A DNA stretch of 49,172 nt, filler included, from Sphacelaria rigidula (lineage: Eukaryota): assembly GCA_964200075.2 (NCBI GenBank). It is 2 parts of 2 records of this genome, joined end to end, with 100 filler letters (N's around TTAATTAATTAA, not from the genome) between each part and the next. Parts side by side here need not be neighbours in the genome. Positions count along the whole stretch, not along the records: positions 24,641 to 49,172 come from CAXNAA020000200.1; 1 more part is not named here. One strand, 5' to 3'. Of this stretch, positions 36,266 through 47,750 are shown piece by piece. The notes beneath the pieces are model-generated. The model did not search any database. It was not told the origin of the DNA and saw nothing but the letters and a program-made list of their open reading frames with translations. Each line of letters opens with the position of its first letter. Position 1 is the stretch's first letter. Position numbers and translations under genes: made by a program.

Positions 36266-36610
36266 CACACGCGACCATTTGGCTACCCCCCCAATGCCTC
36301 CGGAGAGATGCGCGTGTCAGGATTAAACTGTGCGGCCCTCCAGAGGCAAAACAAGCCTCCGGGGGCCTTCAATCCCTCCGGAGGAAACCAAACACTACCG
36401 ACCTGGAGGGACGCGCACCCCTCCGGAGGAATTTGGGGGTATGAAAATGCCATCGGAGAGATGCGTGGCCCTCCAGAGGCAAAAACAAGCCTCCAGAGGC
36501 GTTTAATCTCTCTGTTGAAAACCAAAAAATCTCCTCTGGAGGGCCGCGCACCCCTCCGGAGGCGTTTAATTCCTCTGGAGGAATTCTGAGTAGCCAAATG
36601 GCCGCGTGTG
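36266..36610. mobile_element. CAC-ended MITE, copy 2 (opposite orientation to copy 1)
   Basis: cacacgcgaccatttggctac ... gtagccaaatggccgcgtgtg; same cctccggagg repeats. Confidence 0.85.
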
Positions 36611-38686
36611 GGGGGGTCAAAAGATCAATGCCTAGCACCGGTATCCGATATCCGCATTTCATAGCGTCCGCAGGTTATAATAGTGAGAAATTGAACAGCG
36701 TACATACAGCGTGAATAGGGGTGCAACGCAGATGTCTACGCTTCAGGCGAGATTGCAATAGTCACACAACGCCACAGCGCATGCGCACACAGCCTGATTC
36801 ACGATGTACGCACGTCGTTCAACTCGTGTACAACGCACCATAACCTAGGGACATCATGTACTGAGGATAACATGTATGCACCTGTGGCCGCCCATATGAC
36901 TTTTCACATTACAAACGGGGCTCAGTTCAGGTATCTCAAACTCGTTCCCGGTGTATTCAACAGATTTTACTGTTTCAGTTGAATACCCCGGCCAAACCAC
37001 AAATTTGAGGTACCCCAAGTTGAAGGCCGCGGGGCAATTCATTCCTGCATGATGACGTAGCGGGAAACGATTCGCTGAATTCCATCGTCCGTTATGAAAT
37101 AGCGAGCGGGGTCTATTGTAGAGGCACTCAGCCTCGAGGTTTCCGGTGTATTTCAACAGTACTACACGAACGAGCGACGAAGTCAAGATTGTGATGCTCC
37201 ATCAAAAGGTCTTACATGTAGTGATCGTAATTATCGTCCATTCCTCGGCCTATTTCTCGTGGCGAAGGGCGTGAAACGGGTGAGATTGTGAGGGTTCTCG
37301 TTTTCTCCGAAGGACATGGCGCTTGCAAGCGAAGTTTTGGTTGGTGGTCGGCTGCATGAGAGCTGTGGAAGGTTACGTATCCACCGACACACGCTGCTAT
37401 GCACTTGGAGATTGATTTGAAGATCTAGAGGTTAATTAATTACCTAGACCCGTGTGATTTCCTGGGCAACTAATTACTGCAACCTCACGGTCCAAGCAAG
37501 ATTCGGACGACAGATCACCCCCGTGATTAGCGGACTAATCGCGGTATAGCGCACGACAAAATTCCGCTATACGGACATGTCATCACGTACTGCGTCATCT
37601 ATAGCGCAGAACTTGAAGGCCAGCACTTTGAATACATACACTGGCTGTGCTGTACCCTGTACTTCACTGCCCGTGTTGCCGGTGGCACTGTGGGGTCTTT
37701 TCAAGCCGGCATCAATGCAACCAATCATCATGCACAGCCACACTGGTGGCCGCTGGCGCACGATCCGCATTTTGGGGCGTCCATGGGTCATCGACGAAAA
37801 GTTGAGCATGTGTACAGCGTAAACTGGGTTGCAAAACGGACGCCAGAGGATGTAGGCGGGTTCACAACTATTACACAACGCGACAACGTGTGCGATCCCA
37901 GGTCGATTCGCGGTGTGGAGACGTCTTCTAACTGATCCATAACGTACCATAACCTTGGAGGATGTGCTCTGAAATGCGGATAGCAAAACAAGTGTACCAG
38001 CGACCACCAGTGCAAGCTCGATACAGAAGCGATCATTATCTATAATAGCACAGGAATTTGCACGAACCCATCGGCAACGAAGCATGGTTGTAACACACTT
38101 GGTCATACAGGTGATTCTTGGATTCGGATCTGCAGGGGGCCAATAGTCCCAAATGCTCTCGGGATGCTGCGGTGCCGGTTTTGAAATCCTCCTACACACA
38201 CGCGTTGCCCATTGGACCCTTTACTGCATGGTTCTCAGTCTGCCCTGAGTGTGGGCGAGTCTTGCTATAGGCATACTTCAACCGCTGAGTTCCGGCCACG
38301 GGTTTGCGTCCAACATTTGACCGCGTTGCTACACCGGCGGCCAAACGGTTAAACCATCACTCCGCATGAGATATTTCCATTCCATAACGGTTTTCAAGGC
38401 ACCGCGTACTAGTAGGGCTGAAAGTCGGGTCACATGAAAAAAATCGAAGTAGTGGAGAAACAATTGGCTGTTGCTGCTACTGGACGGTGTCCGACACAGT
38501 ACTCTGTTGTGTTACACCGCATCTACTGTATGCACTGCTGCATACCCACCGCATTTGAAAAAATTAAGATCGGCATACTTGTACTCCGATGTCAACGAGA
38601 ATGGGCAATGAGCAAAGCACTCAGAAAGACGCTGCTAGTCCCAAAGATGATCGACGAACAAAAACTACAAGACACTCACCGTCGAA

Positions 38687-38746
38687 TTTCGAGTATGCAA
38701 ATACCATTTTGAGTATGCAAATACTATTTTGAGTGTGCAAATACCA
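38687..38746. repeat. 20-bp minisatellite x3
   Basis: (ttt[c/t]gagt[a/g]tgcaaatac[c/t]a)x3. Confidence 0.9.
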
Positions 38747-38853
38747 GCCGAACCTCTCACCCTTGCCTGCCCCATGGGCGTCATCTCCATGACCCATCTC
38801 ATTTGCGCATGCATTCATACATATGCATGCGCATACATAATAACTATATGCAC

Positions 38854-38895
38854 CTGATCCAAGATTCCAGGTGTGGGTCCATCTGCTGGACAGTC
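38854..38895 (-). CDS. Candidate downstream exon of the CAP-domain gene
   Basis: tttattttatccag|GAC...CAG|gtgcat, phase 0, DCPADGPTPGILDQ. Confidence 0.45.
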
Positions 38896-39202
38896 CTGGA
38901 TAAAATAAAGTCAAGTACAAAGTTCTTTACTGCACTGAACTGTACAAAACTCGACACAGACAGTATAACGGAATCGAACGGAAACCCCCTTCAAGAGCCT
39001 GATGCTAATCATATAAGAATGACGGGGCCCAAACAGCAGCAACAGGCGATTTAACAGTCGACATGTGGGGTATGGCACCCCGAATGTCGGGAGCAGTAGT
39101 TGCAAACCTCCCCCCTGCCCCTATTAATAGGTATTGTATGTATTCTGTATCAACGTCCCATTACAGATCCTCTCCATTCCCGATTGCTTTCAAAACACTC
39201 AC

Positions 39203-39412
39203 CACTCGAGCAGGCCACACGTTGCGCAACCATGCTTGTGAATCCACCGCAGTAATGTTTCCGTCAAACACCGCTGCAACAACGTAGCACCCGTTGACGC
39301 GGTTACCCACCCCAAAACCGACGTGGGTCATGGATCGCCACACGTTGGCGGCGAACTGCCGGCTTGCGCAGTTGTAGCCAGGGTTGGCGAAGTCGTAGCG
39401 CAGTTGCTCTTC
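39203..39412 (-). CDS. CAP/SCP/PR-1 domain protein, C-terminal-half exon
   Basis: cag|GAA GAG...GTG|gtgagt (or read-through to stop at 39161); EEQLRYDFANPGYNCASRQFAANVWRSMTHVGFGVGNRVNGCYVVAAVFDGNI...WLRNVWP matches CAP pattern E..YDF..PG.....HFTQVVW.ST..VG.G...YVV..Y..GN...NV.P. Confidence 0.85.
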
Positions 39413-39815
39413 CTGTTTGGTTGTATAATTGTACACTTGTGTGGAGGATGTGTCGTCTTGGGGATATTGGTTCTGTCGACAACGAAAGAGTATCCTATGC
39501 TCCACAGTACAGCACGTTTGGCATCATGTATCATATTCACTACTGTGTACGATGAAATGTTCAGATGTTCCTCCATGGAAAAGTGCAAGTTCACGTCAAC
39601 GTGCAGCAAGCAGCAGACGAGGGCGCCGCTCCATCTACTACCCCCAAGATACGAGCAGTAGACGGGGGGGAAAGTTCAGGAAAACGCAGACTGGCACATC
39701 AGCATGGAACGAATGCAGCTAGCTGAGCGATCAAGTACCGAGTACTTTGCCAGGAATACCACGGAATGACAACAACGAGCTGCTTTCGACTTTCATCAAC
39801 CAACCCTTGACCAAC

Positions 39816-40108
39816 CTGCCAAATGTCGATCGCCCCAACACAGGCACCTGCCGGCGAGGTGGCTTCCACTCCGATTGCCATGTTCTGCCCGAAACATGTC
39901 AAGCCATTGTCGTTCATCATATCGCTGGTCACCGACCCGGGGTATGCAATCTCGTGATTGACCAAATACTGTGCGCGCCGGGCGCAGTCGTGACTCCAAG
40001 CAAGGGCCCCCGCGCTGTGGTTTTCTCTGTGTAAGTTGACACGTCTCAAAACCATGAAGATTCCAGCTACGTCCACCATAACTGAGGCTGCTGTGACTGG
40101 GCGAGATA
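39816..40108 (-). CDS. CAP/SCP/PR-1 domain protein, N-terminal-half exon
   Basis: cag|TA TCT...TGG CAG|gttggt; VLRRVNLHRENHSAGALAWSHDCARRAQ...FGQNMAI...AIDIWQ matches L..HN..R..H.A..L.W...LA..AQ...GENLA...AV..WY; upstream exons not resolved. Confidence 0.85.
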
Positions 40109-43093
40109 CTGGATGTACAGCATGTGATTTAATAAGCAGAAGGGGGTATTGGGGGGCAGTTTGGCTTAGACGACTGGTGAAGGTGGTGGATAGCAATTGC
40201 CGCAGGAAGCTTCACCAACAAGCGCGGCGCAGGTCTAGCCTCTTAAGAACAAGCCCGTGCATGTGCCTACGATAGCATCTTGTGTTTTTTTGCATTGCGG
40301 AGTTATTCTGGACTCTTACCCTCGCAATAACGCAGCAAATAGCTGCGAAAACGCATCGTGCCGCGACCGATGATTAAGCAGAGCGTAAATCGGTGATACA
40401 CGGACGACCGCATCAAATAAAGACACATGACGACCGAGGATAACATGATCTCGCGGTCGAGCATTACTTTAGTAGAGTGCTCACCGTCTGGGTCTTGATC
40501 TCGCGCCGAGGAGATAGGTGCACGCAGTTGTGTCTTGTAGTTGATACAATCTCAAGAAGGGTGCTGATTGTCTGTTGGGGAAGAGACGTTCGTGTTTTCT
40601 CGCAGGCGAAATCCGCTTTTGACTGGGGAGGGTGCAAATCACGTTTTTGGTTCTTCTTTCAAGCGCATGTCATCAAACAAGAGTCATTGTAGATTTACCC
40701 CATGCCTCTAACAATGGTTACATGTTTTCGTGTTTTCCATACTATACAGTGTACGCCGCCAAGGTAAGGGAGCCCCTCGTCCCCATGCTTACATCGTCAT
40801 ACGTCGAATTTACTGTATTGCATAGACAACAGTAGAACACTAGACACACCTTTGGGGAATCATATCGACATGAAAATCAGATGATTGCGGACAGAAACAT
40901 TCAACATTCATTGAGACAGGTGCAGAGAAAGTATCGAACACATCGCGCGTAGAAAAGAGTTGAAATGCAGAGTTTGAATGGGTCAACAAAGGGCTGTCTG
41001 TGACAAAGTGGTGGTCTCATCTTTCTTTCGTGCGAAAACGCGAAAACTCTTCTTTCCTATATCATGTACATCTTTTCATACGCTTGTTTGGGCGAGCGCC
41101 GATTGGAGCTGCATGATGTATGCGCGCACACTTCCATTTTCAGTGATGTGTATCGATCAGCATCGCCCTCCAGTACAGGGGCGGCTGCACGCTGCTGCTG
41201 AAACTTTGCACATGCTTGCATGTTGGTACTATAATACTATATTGGTGGCTTGCAATCCGCATCAGCTGCTGTCCAGCTGCAGGGCGGGTTTACTACTCTG
41301 TTATTGTAAAACATGCCAAGCGTAAACTGCACTGACTGTCAAGTTCTGGCATTACTGGGATTACTCGAGCACCACCAAATCTAACTGTAGTATAAATCAA
41401 ACAGTCGAGATTGAAAGGCTGCTCGGCGAGTTGGTAGGGTGCCCGCATCCAAATTCTGCCACTGGAGGCGTGTAGCCCCTTTCCCCTGCTCGTTATCATG
41501 GACGGTGTTCCATATGCGGATCTTCGCCCGGTGGACCCAACCCATTCAAGTCCTGATCGTGACCCCAGCGACGGCACATCGCGAACCCGCGGGCAAAAAC
41601 AAGGTTTTTCAACACTGCAATGGTAAATCCCACCTGGAATGGTAACGCGGGGTAGACTACGCCAGTAAGCATGGCGCTCTACAGCTTGCCTTGTACCACC
41701 CACGAATCCAAAAAGTACAACGATAGTCCCGTCTGTATGGAAAAGGACTTGTGAAGCTATACAACATATGGGAAGGGAGATTGAGATATCTCAGATATCT
41801 CAAGACGTCAACACGTGACGTTCGACGCGGGTTATTATTACGCCTCTTGTTTGGTGAAATTAACCGGCTACCCCACCGTCACAACACACTGATAGTATTG
41901 AATTCGCCGAAAAATGTTATTCCGCTGCTTGTCGCCGTCGATAGAACAAACGACTGCAAATTAACGGGGACCACCGAACTATAACAACAGTATAATTCGT
42001 GAAAGTGAAAATTGGCAAGATCTGTTGTGTGTTATCCGGCCGTAAATGCTGAGTGTATAGTTGTTAGCACGTGTTTAGATCATCGAGCAGTCTTCAAAGG
42101 CCAAGTACACGTACCGCAGCGGCGAGTCTTGAAAACAAGCCTCGGTGAAGATAGAGATTTGTCTGTCCACTTTTCCCACTTTTTCACAGTGGAAGAGTAG
42201 TGCTATAATGCTGTAGTAAACACACCCATGTCTTGACACAAATTGCTTTGACGGAGGGTGTGCGGGGCATCATACCAGACCTTCTAGCAGCGGGTATTCT
42301 TTGTGTTTCAGGATCTGCCACATGCCACGCAGTAGTGAACTATATATCCGCTTGTATCGTGACTGCCAATTTGTTGCGATGATGAATCTGACATGGCCGG
42401 GAACAATTAGTGTGGGCTACACAATCATCTAGGAGGGAGGTCTAGATTTTGAACCCAACGGAGGTCACCTCAACCGTAGATAGGATGGCAGTAGACAGGC
42501 ACGACAGCGCAATCGTTTTATAGACACGCCCGTCTTGAAGTGCAAAGGGCGTCCTTTCATTGTCGATGCAGGTGACAAACGTCTCGTCCTACAACCACCA
42601 CCCCACCCGGGGAACACCAGCAAGTAGAGACAAAATCCGCACACTTATAAATAACATTTCCTGGGCTGTCCAAGGTGTGCACTGTTTCCTACTCCAATTT
42701 ACCATACTTGACGTGTTTTTTTTCTTCGCACTTTCCACCACTCATCACAAGCTTGCCCTTGTGAACCACGATATCGGTGTTGTACATTGTACATCGTTCG
42801 TCTACTGGCTCGGGCATTTTGCACATGGGTGCGTGTGCCCATCCCAACACCACTCTCCCGTACGTATGCATGGCGTGGAGTGGCAAAACGTCAAATAAAC
42901 CGTGCAGACGAAATACCAAGATTCTCCACTGGTGCAAACGACTGTCACGTCGACACGATCGCATGCACGCCAGCTCACCAGTCTTCGTACGGTCAACACT
43001 TTCGAAAAAGAAGGATATTCATAAGTAACCGTCGCTCCGCACAAGCTGACACCTCACGCCAGAAGGACGTAACAACGTCCAAGTGAACTAGAT

Positions 43094-43450
43094 CTACTCG
43101 CGGGCGACCGAATCCGCGAGTCGTTCGGCCGCCAGGTACGCGTAGTCCTCATGAGCGCTCCAAACTTCCTTACCCTCCTCATCGTGCCCAATAGCAGCAC
43201 CCCCTTCGCCTACCCTATTGTCGTGATCCACTACCTTAGCCACTACGCCCGCCGACTGCCCCAGCATCCCCAAAACCTCCCCCGTTCCCCTTGCAAAAGC
43301 AGTAGAGTTTTCTTCGCCCACCACTGCCGCTGCCACGCCAAGCTTGTGTCCTTGCAGGCGCAGCACTCTTTGCTCGACTGACTCAGCTGCTATGAGACGG
43401 TATACGTTGACTGCCTTGCGTTGTCCGAGCCGGTGGGCGCGGTCCATTGC
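43094..43450 (-). CDS. BTAF1: Last exon of a SNF2-family ATPase, BTAF1/Mot1-like
   Basis: ctatag|GCA ATG GAC; AMDRAHRLGQRKAVNVYRLIAAESVEQRVLRLQGHKLGVAAAVVGEEN = helicase motif VI plus Mot1-type tail (LQ.FK..IA..VV..EN); stop at 43094. Confidence 0.8.
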   Translation of the reverse strand, partial: AMDRAHRLGQRKAVNVYRLIAAESVEQRVLRLQGHKLGVAAAVVGEENSTAFARGTGEVLGMLGQSAGVVAKVVDHDNRVGEGGAAIGHDEEGKEVWSAHEDYAYLAAERLADSVARE

Positions 43451-44432
43451 CTATAGAGAATAGGCAAACGAACAGGGATTGTGGGGGGATATGGTATGTG
43501 AACTTGGAGACATGAACGGGGGGCATGAAGTGAGACTTGAGGTTTATTCAGCTTTCAGTTGAAAGTCTGCACAGGTTTATCCGACGTTTGAAAACACCAG
43601 GGCTATCCTCGGTGACGGTTATTGGAGAATAACTCACGGCACAGGCTTTGATCTTCGTGGTATCACCGCATTTCTTTACGCAGTAACTTTCAATTCTATT
43701 GCACCTTTTGACCCTATGTTGCCCGGAAATAGTTCCAATAGGCCTGTACTTTACGCAGTGCATCTTATTTACATTGCAATTATTCACCATATATTGTCCG
43801 GGGTATGAAATATTTTGTTTGCGAAAGTAATCGGAAACCTGGGCACTGTACTCGTACTCGTACCCTCGCATGGCGATCGTTTTTCGGCACAGGGCCCACA
43901 GATAAGGGGCAAAAAATATAAGTTGTAACAGTTTTGGACCTATTTGAGCTGTGCAAGGCACGAAAATGCAGGGATCTTCCACCAATCACATGAGAGTTGG
44001 CACAGGACACATACATGGATATTGTTTTGGACCTATCAGAGCTGTTCTCGAAAAATGCGAGGACTTTCCACTTATCATATGAGAGCTTGCACAGGACCCA
44101 TGCATGGGGGTGATTTTGTAGTAAATGAAAATTATTTGGGCGAAGCGCCATTATGATCGAGCGCTCAAGATTGGCACCCAGCAAACACTGAGGACCCGTT
44201 TATAATCAGCCGGAGAACTAAAACATGGGATATGTCCTGTTTCGCCGTGCTGCAGCACGAACACACTCACGTCCGGTCTAATATGTGCTGTAGCTCATCA
44301 CTGTTCTGTGTCGTGTTTAGAACCTGCGAAGGCGGTTCTGTCTCCGCTGAGATTGCTTGAGGGGCTGTACGGTTATGCTCGTCTCGCTTTGTAAAATATA
44401 GTACTGTATCAATCGGGACGCAGTGCGATATA

Positions 44433-45488
44433 CTTCCTCTGTCCCATAAGTAAAGTCCGTTATGGGGGAAAGATCGTATATCGCCAATGGAGTTGCCCAC
44501 GATGCTATGGATAGGTTTTTTTAAAAGCTGTTGACATGGTGATACTCGTTGAACAAAAAATATATATGAATCGAAATTACTGAGAATTAGTGGGTCAAAA
44601 AGTGGGCATTTTGGCGGGAATTTGAGATTTTTTTTAGATTTGTTTTTGAGAACATTATATTGAGAATTTCTGCTTTTCTGGACAATTGAACGCCCATTAC
44701 CCCCACAACCACGATGGAGACCCCCCCCCCAAACGTAAGCGGGGCGCAGATGTGTCGTTGGGCCGCCGGTATGCAATGGCGGTGGAGATAGCGATGGCCA
44801 TTCCCCCAGGAAATTCGAGGGTGCCCAAGGGCGTTCTAGGCTCCATGGCGGAGCGTTACGGCGTTGGTGCTGGTTGGATGGTATAGCTAGTCACGCAGCC
44901 TGCACAGTCGCCTGACTTGAACGTCAACGACTTGGGCTTCTTCGCATCTCTTAAGTCGAGGGTATGGGGGATGAATGCAAGTTCGATAGACGAGTTGGTG
45001 GAGACTATCTTCAAGCAGTACGAGGAGTACGACGGTGACACGTTGGAGCGGGTTTGGCAGAGCCTCTTTAAGGTTTACAACCAAACACTACGTGAGATGG
45101 GCGACAACGACTTTAGTGTGGAACATTCCGGGGTGAGGGTGCGGCAGAGGGCAGGAACGTTAGAAAGGGTGGTAAAATACGATAAGGATGCCTTCACGAA
45201 GGCCTGGGACTACCTAGCGGCAAGCCCTAGCGACGACGAGGGCGGGTAACATTTTATTTATTTTTACACTTTTTTGCCCCTGCAAAAGGGCCTAAATGTG
45301 GCCTTTTTTGGGCCGACTACTTTTTTTTCGGACGGTCGCGTGACCCGGGGAGTGCGTAGAAAAACAAGACAAAAACGGGGTTCAACCCAAAAAACATCAA
45401 AGATTTCAGAAAAATTATCGCCAGCGACATCGGACACGGCTAAGGGTCCGTGTGATCATAACGGACTTTACTTATGGGACAGAGAAAG
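44433..45488 (+). mobile_element. Internally deleted Tc1/mariner element of plant-mariner (DD39D/Stowaway-like) type
   Basis: 32-bp TIRs cttcctctgtcccataagtaaagtccgttatg with one mismatch, TA at both flanks (44431-32, 45489-90), transposase remnant inside. Confidence 0.95.
44714..45249 (+). pseudogene. Mariner transposase remnant
   Basis: N-terminal HTH-like segment (...GSMAERYGV) fused in frame to GWMV*LVTQPAQSPDLNVNDLGFFASLKS...GDNDF; internal TAG at 44884; probable ATG at 44714 offset by a C10 run. Confidence 0.9.
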
Positions 45489-45593
45489 TACAACCTGTAG
45501 GACCTGCTGCAATGGCTAGATCACCTACTTTGGGGCATATAGTGGAAACCGATCTTACATTTCCAGACAGACGGAGTATATATTTTCAATTGC

Positions 45594-45892
45594 CGCACTT
45601 TGAATCCCTCTCCTTCCTCGGGACGAGTCCGTGGTCTCAAGGGATCAACTCATCTCTCTCTCTCCCCGGTACACGTCTTGCATTTCGGTCTCGCGGATTG
45701 GGCCATGACTATCAGCACTGCCGCACCGCGTCAACTCTCGTCACACAAAGTCAGTTACCTACCTCTTGTTTGCTTACGTGCTGACGCTTTCGATGGTGTA
45801 AATCAGATACTTCCAAGGACAAACCCAACGCATTGGGATTCGAACCGGCATTTTATCCGCGCTCATGCTGACAGTCGGACCAACATGAAACC
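45594..45892 (-). mobile_element. tRNA-derived SINE family A, copy 3
   Basis: Reverse complement of family A body; B-box ggttcgaatcc on the minus strand near 45833-45845. Confidence 0.8.
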
Positions 45893-45916
45893 TCAATGAA
45901 AAAAAAAGATCACTCA

Positions 45917-46692
45917 GCCGGTCGTCCCGGTGGTTCAGTTGATAATCTCGATAATCTAAAAACAATCTTAGGGTTGGGATGTGGGTTCGAATCTCGGTGA
46001 AGTGACACCATCTGAATTTTCTCACACCATGCCCAGTAGCGGAGAGCGACTATGTGTGTTGTTGTGTTACCATCCCATCTATTCTGGGCGCCGGGTCAGC
46101 ATCTTTCGGTATATGTGGGCGCACCAGCCGGGGTCACACAGGAGGAAGGTCAACACAGGAGCTTTTTCTTTTTTGTTTGTTTCTAGTACCCCACCTTCCT
46201 TCTGCGGTCCGTGCCTTTATTTTTTATCGCGGGAGGGGTTCAGCAATCCCTTTCCCACGTCGACCGTTAAGTCGAAGTTTGTGTACCCACGACATAGTCG
46301 CTCTCCACTATTGGGCATGGTGTGAGCAAATATCCCAGATCGCTCCGAGAATTGAACCGACGACCCAACCGTCAGCAGGTTTCGAGATCACCAAATGAGC
46401 CACCGGGGCGACCGGGGCGACAGGCTAGACTATGTCGTGGGAACACAAAATTTGACATGACGGTCGACGAGGGAACAGGACCGCTGAATCCTTCTCCAGA
46501 ATAAAGGTGAGTCAAGCACCGCAGAAAGAAGCTGGAGTACCAAGACAAAGGAAGATCTAAAAACTCCCGTGTAGACCTTCCCCTTGTGTGGCCCCGGCTG
46601 ATGCGCCCACAGCCCACATGTGCCGAAATATGTTGACTGGCGTTCATAATAGATGGGATGGCAACACACACACACACACACACACACACACA
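45917..46692 (+). mobile_element. tRNA-derived SINE family B, host copy split by an insertion (45917-46055 + 46428-46692), (CA)n tail
   Basis: Head gccggtcgtcccggtggttcagttg, B-box ggttcgaatctc; body resumes after the insertion and ends atagatgggatggcaa(ca)n. Confidence 0.8.
46056..46427 (-). mobile_element. SINE family B, full-length antisense copy inserted in the host copy
   Basis: Reverse complement has head ccggtcgccccggtggctcatttgg, B-box-like ggttcaattctc, same body and tail; flanked by direct repeat gactatgt. Confidence 0.85.
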
Positions 46693-46745
46693 TCAGTTCA
46701 CGAGGGTATGGATCGCAGTTGGCTGTGCGTGCAATGTACGCTCAC

Positions 46746-46882
46746 CGAGATAAGGCTCTTCAAAGGTCTCGTGATCCTTCTTGGGCGGCATCCTGGTGCG
46801 AAGGTGTTCCAGGTACTGTATGTAGGGCAGGTAGCCGCTAGCGTGGTGTGATCGGCCCTTCACCACGAACTGCACCTTTTGC
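46746..46882 (-). CDS. PRMT5: Isolated exon resembling protein arginine methyltransferase 5 (end of TIM barrel / linker)
   Basis: gaacag|G CAA...CTC G|gtgagc; QKVQFVVKGRSHHASGYLPYIQYLEHLRTRMPPKKDHETFEEPYL aligns with PRMT5 VQFIITG..HH.....SYLQYLEYL....PP...YE.F...Y.DYLQ; final G fits the next Asp codon. Confidence 0.75.
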
Positions 46883-47254
46883 CTGTTCATGAATAAATTC
46901 GCCACGGCACATGCGGCGGATAATTCCGTTGAAAATTGGAGTACAAGGCTTCCACACGTTCGTCATCAAATCATCAAGGTTGAAATATCCTACTTCTAGT
47001 GTGGGACCACCAGATTCATGTTGAAGAGCCGACAGTTCTGAGTGCTCCTATCGTGTGCAGCTGGCATGAGCTCTGTCAACTCACTCGTTGCCTGCAACAT
47101 AACATGCATATCTCTCACCCGAGGGTTATCCATACGCCTTGGAAGGAGGTTAGAGTCAGGGTTTTTTTTTCTCCCCTCACAGTGTCGACCCCCCCCTCCA
47201 CGATGACGAGTCCTTGATGTCAAGGGATCCAACAAACTCTTCCCCGATACACAC

Positions 47255-47750
47255 CTCCTCAGATTGAGGGTTGGCATCGGTTGGCAACGACGCTGTAAAA
47301 TACGCCACCCACTGCGCAAGCTAGGCAACCAGGTTACCGTTAATTTCTTGCCCACGTGATTTTGCGGTTACCATGCTGGTGGTCGAGTAAGCATCATGTT
47401 GTGCGAGGTGCAGAACCTCCACACCGCGCTAAGGGATGATCGTACTACGCAGTGTTTTAATGGTGCGGCACCCATGGGGCAGTGTGTATTGTACGTCGTG
47501 GCTGTCTCTGGAAGTGGTGATACCAGGAAATGAAGCAACTCATTCCAGGCTGTCATCCACATGCGAGATAATCAGCACGCTTCGGGCCGAACAATCTTGG
47601 TAGGATGCAGGCCACACGGCGCTTCGCGCTTGGTGATTGCGAGCCTGGTCCGGCAAAAAGCCGGCGCGCTTCGTCCCGACTTTGTAGGGACGCAAGGCCA
47701 ATGGTCTTGAGACTACGAGTACGGCATGCAACATCATGAGTACACCACTC
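47255..47750 (-). repeat. Interspersed repeat family E, copy 2
   Basis: Reverse complement of 11860-12375. Confidence 0.8.

Noticed and set aside
37567-38199. 210-aa minus-strand ORF
   Set aside because: No recognisable motif and no phase-consistent link to the CAP exons; not supportable without RNA data.
38687-38746. CRISPR-like direct repeats (also 23930-24240)
   Set aside because: Repeats are contiguous or degenerate with no unique spacers and no cas genes; eukaryotic context.
43094-46882. In-frame PRMT5-SNF2 fusion gene
   Set aside because: Exon phases are incompatible (1 versus 0) and no convincing bridging exon was found.
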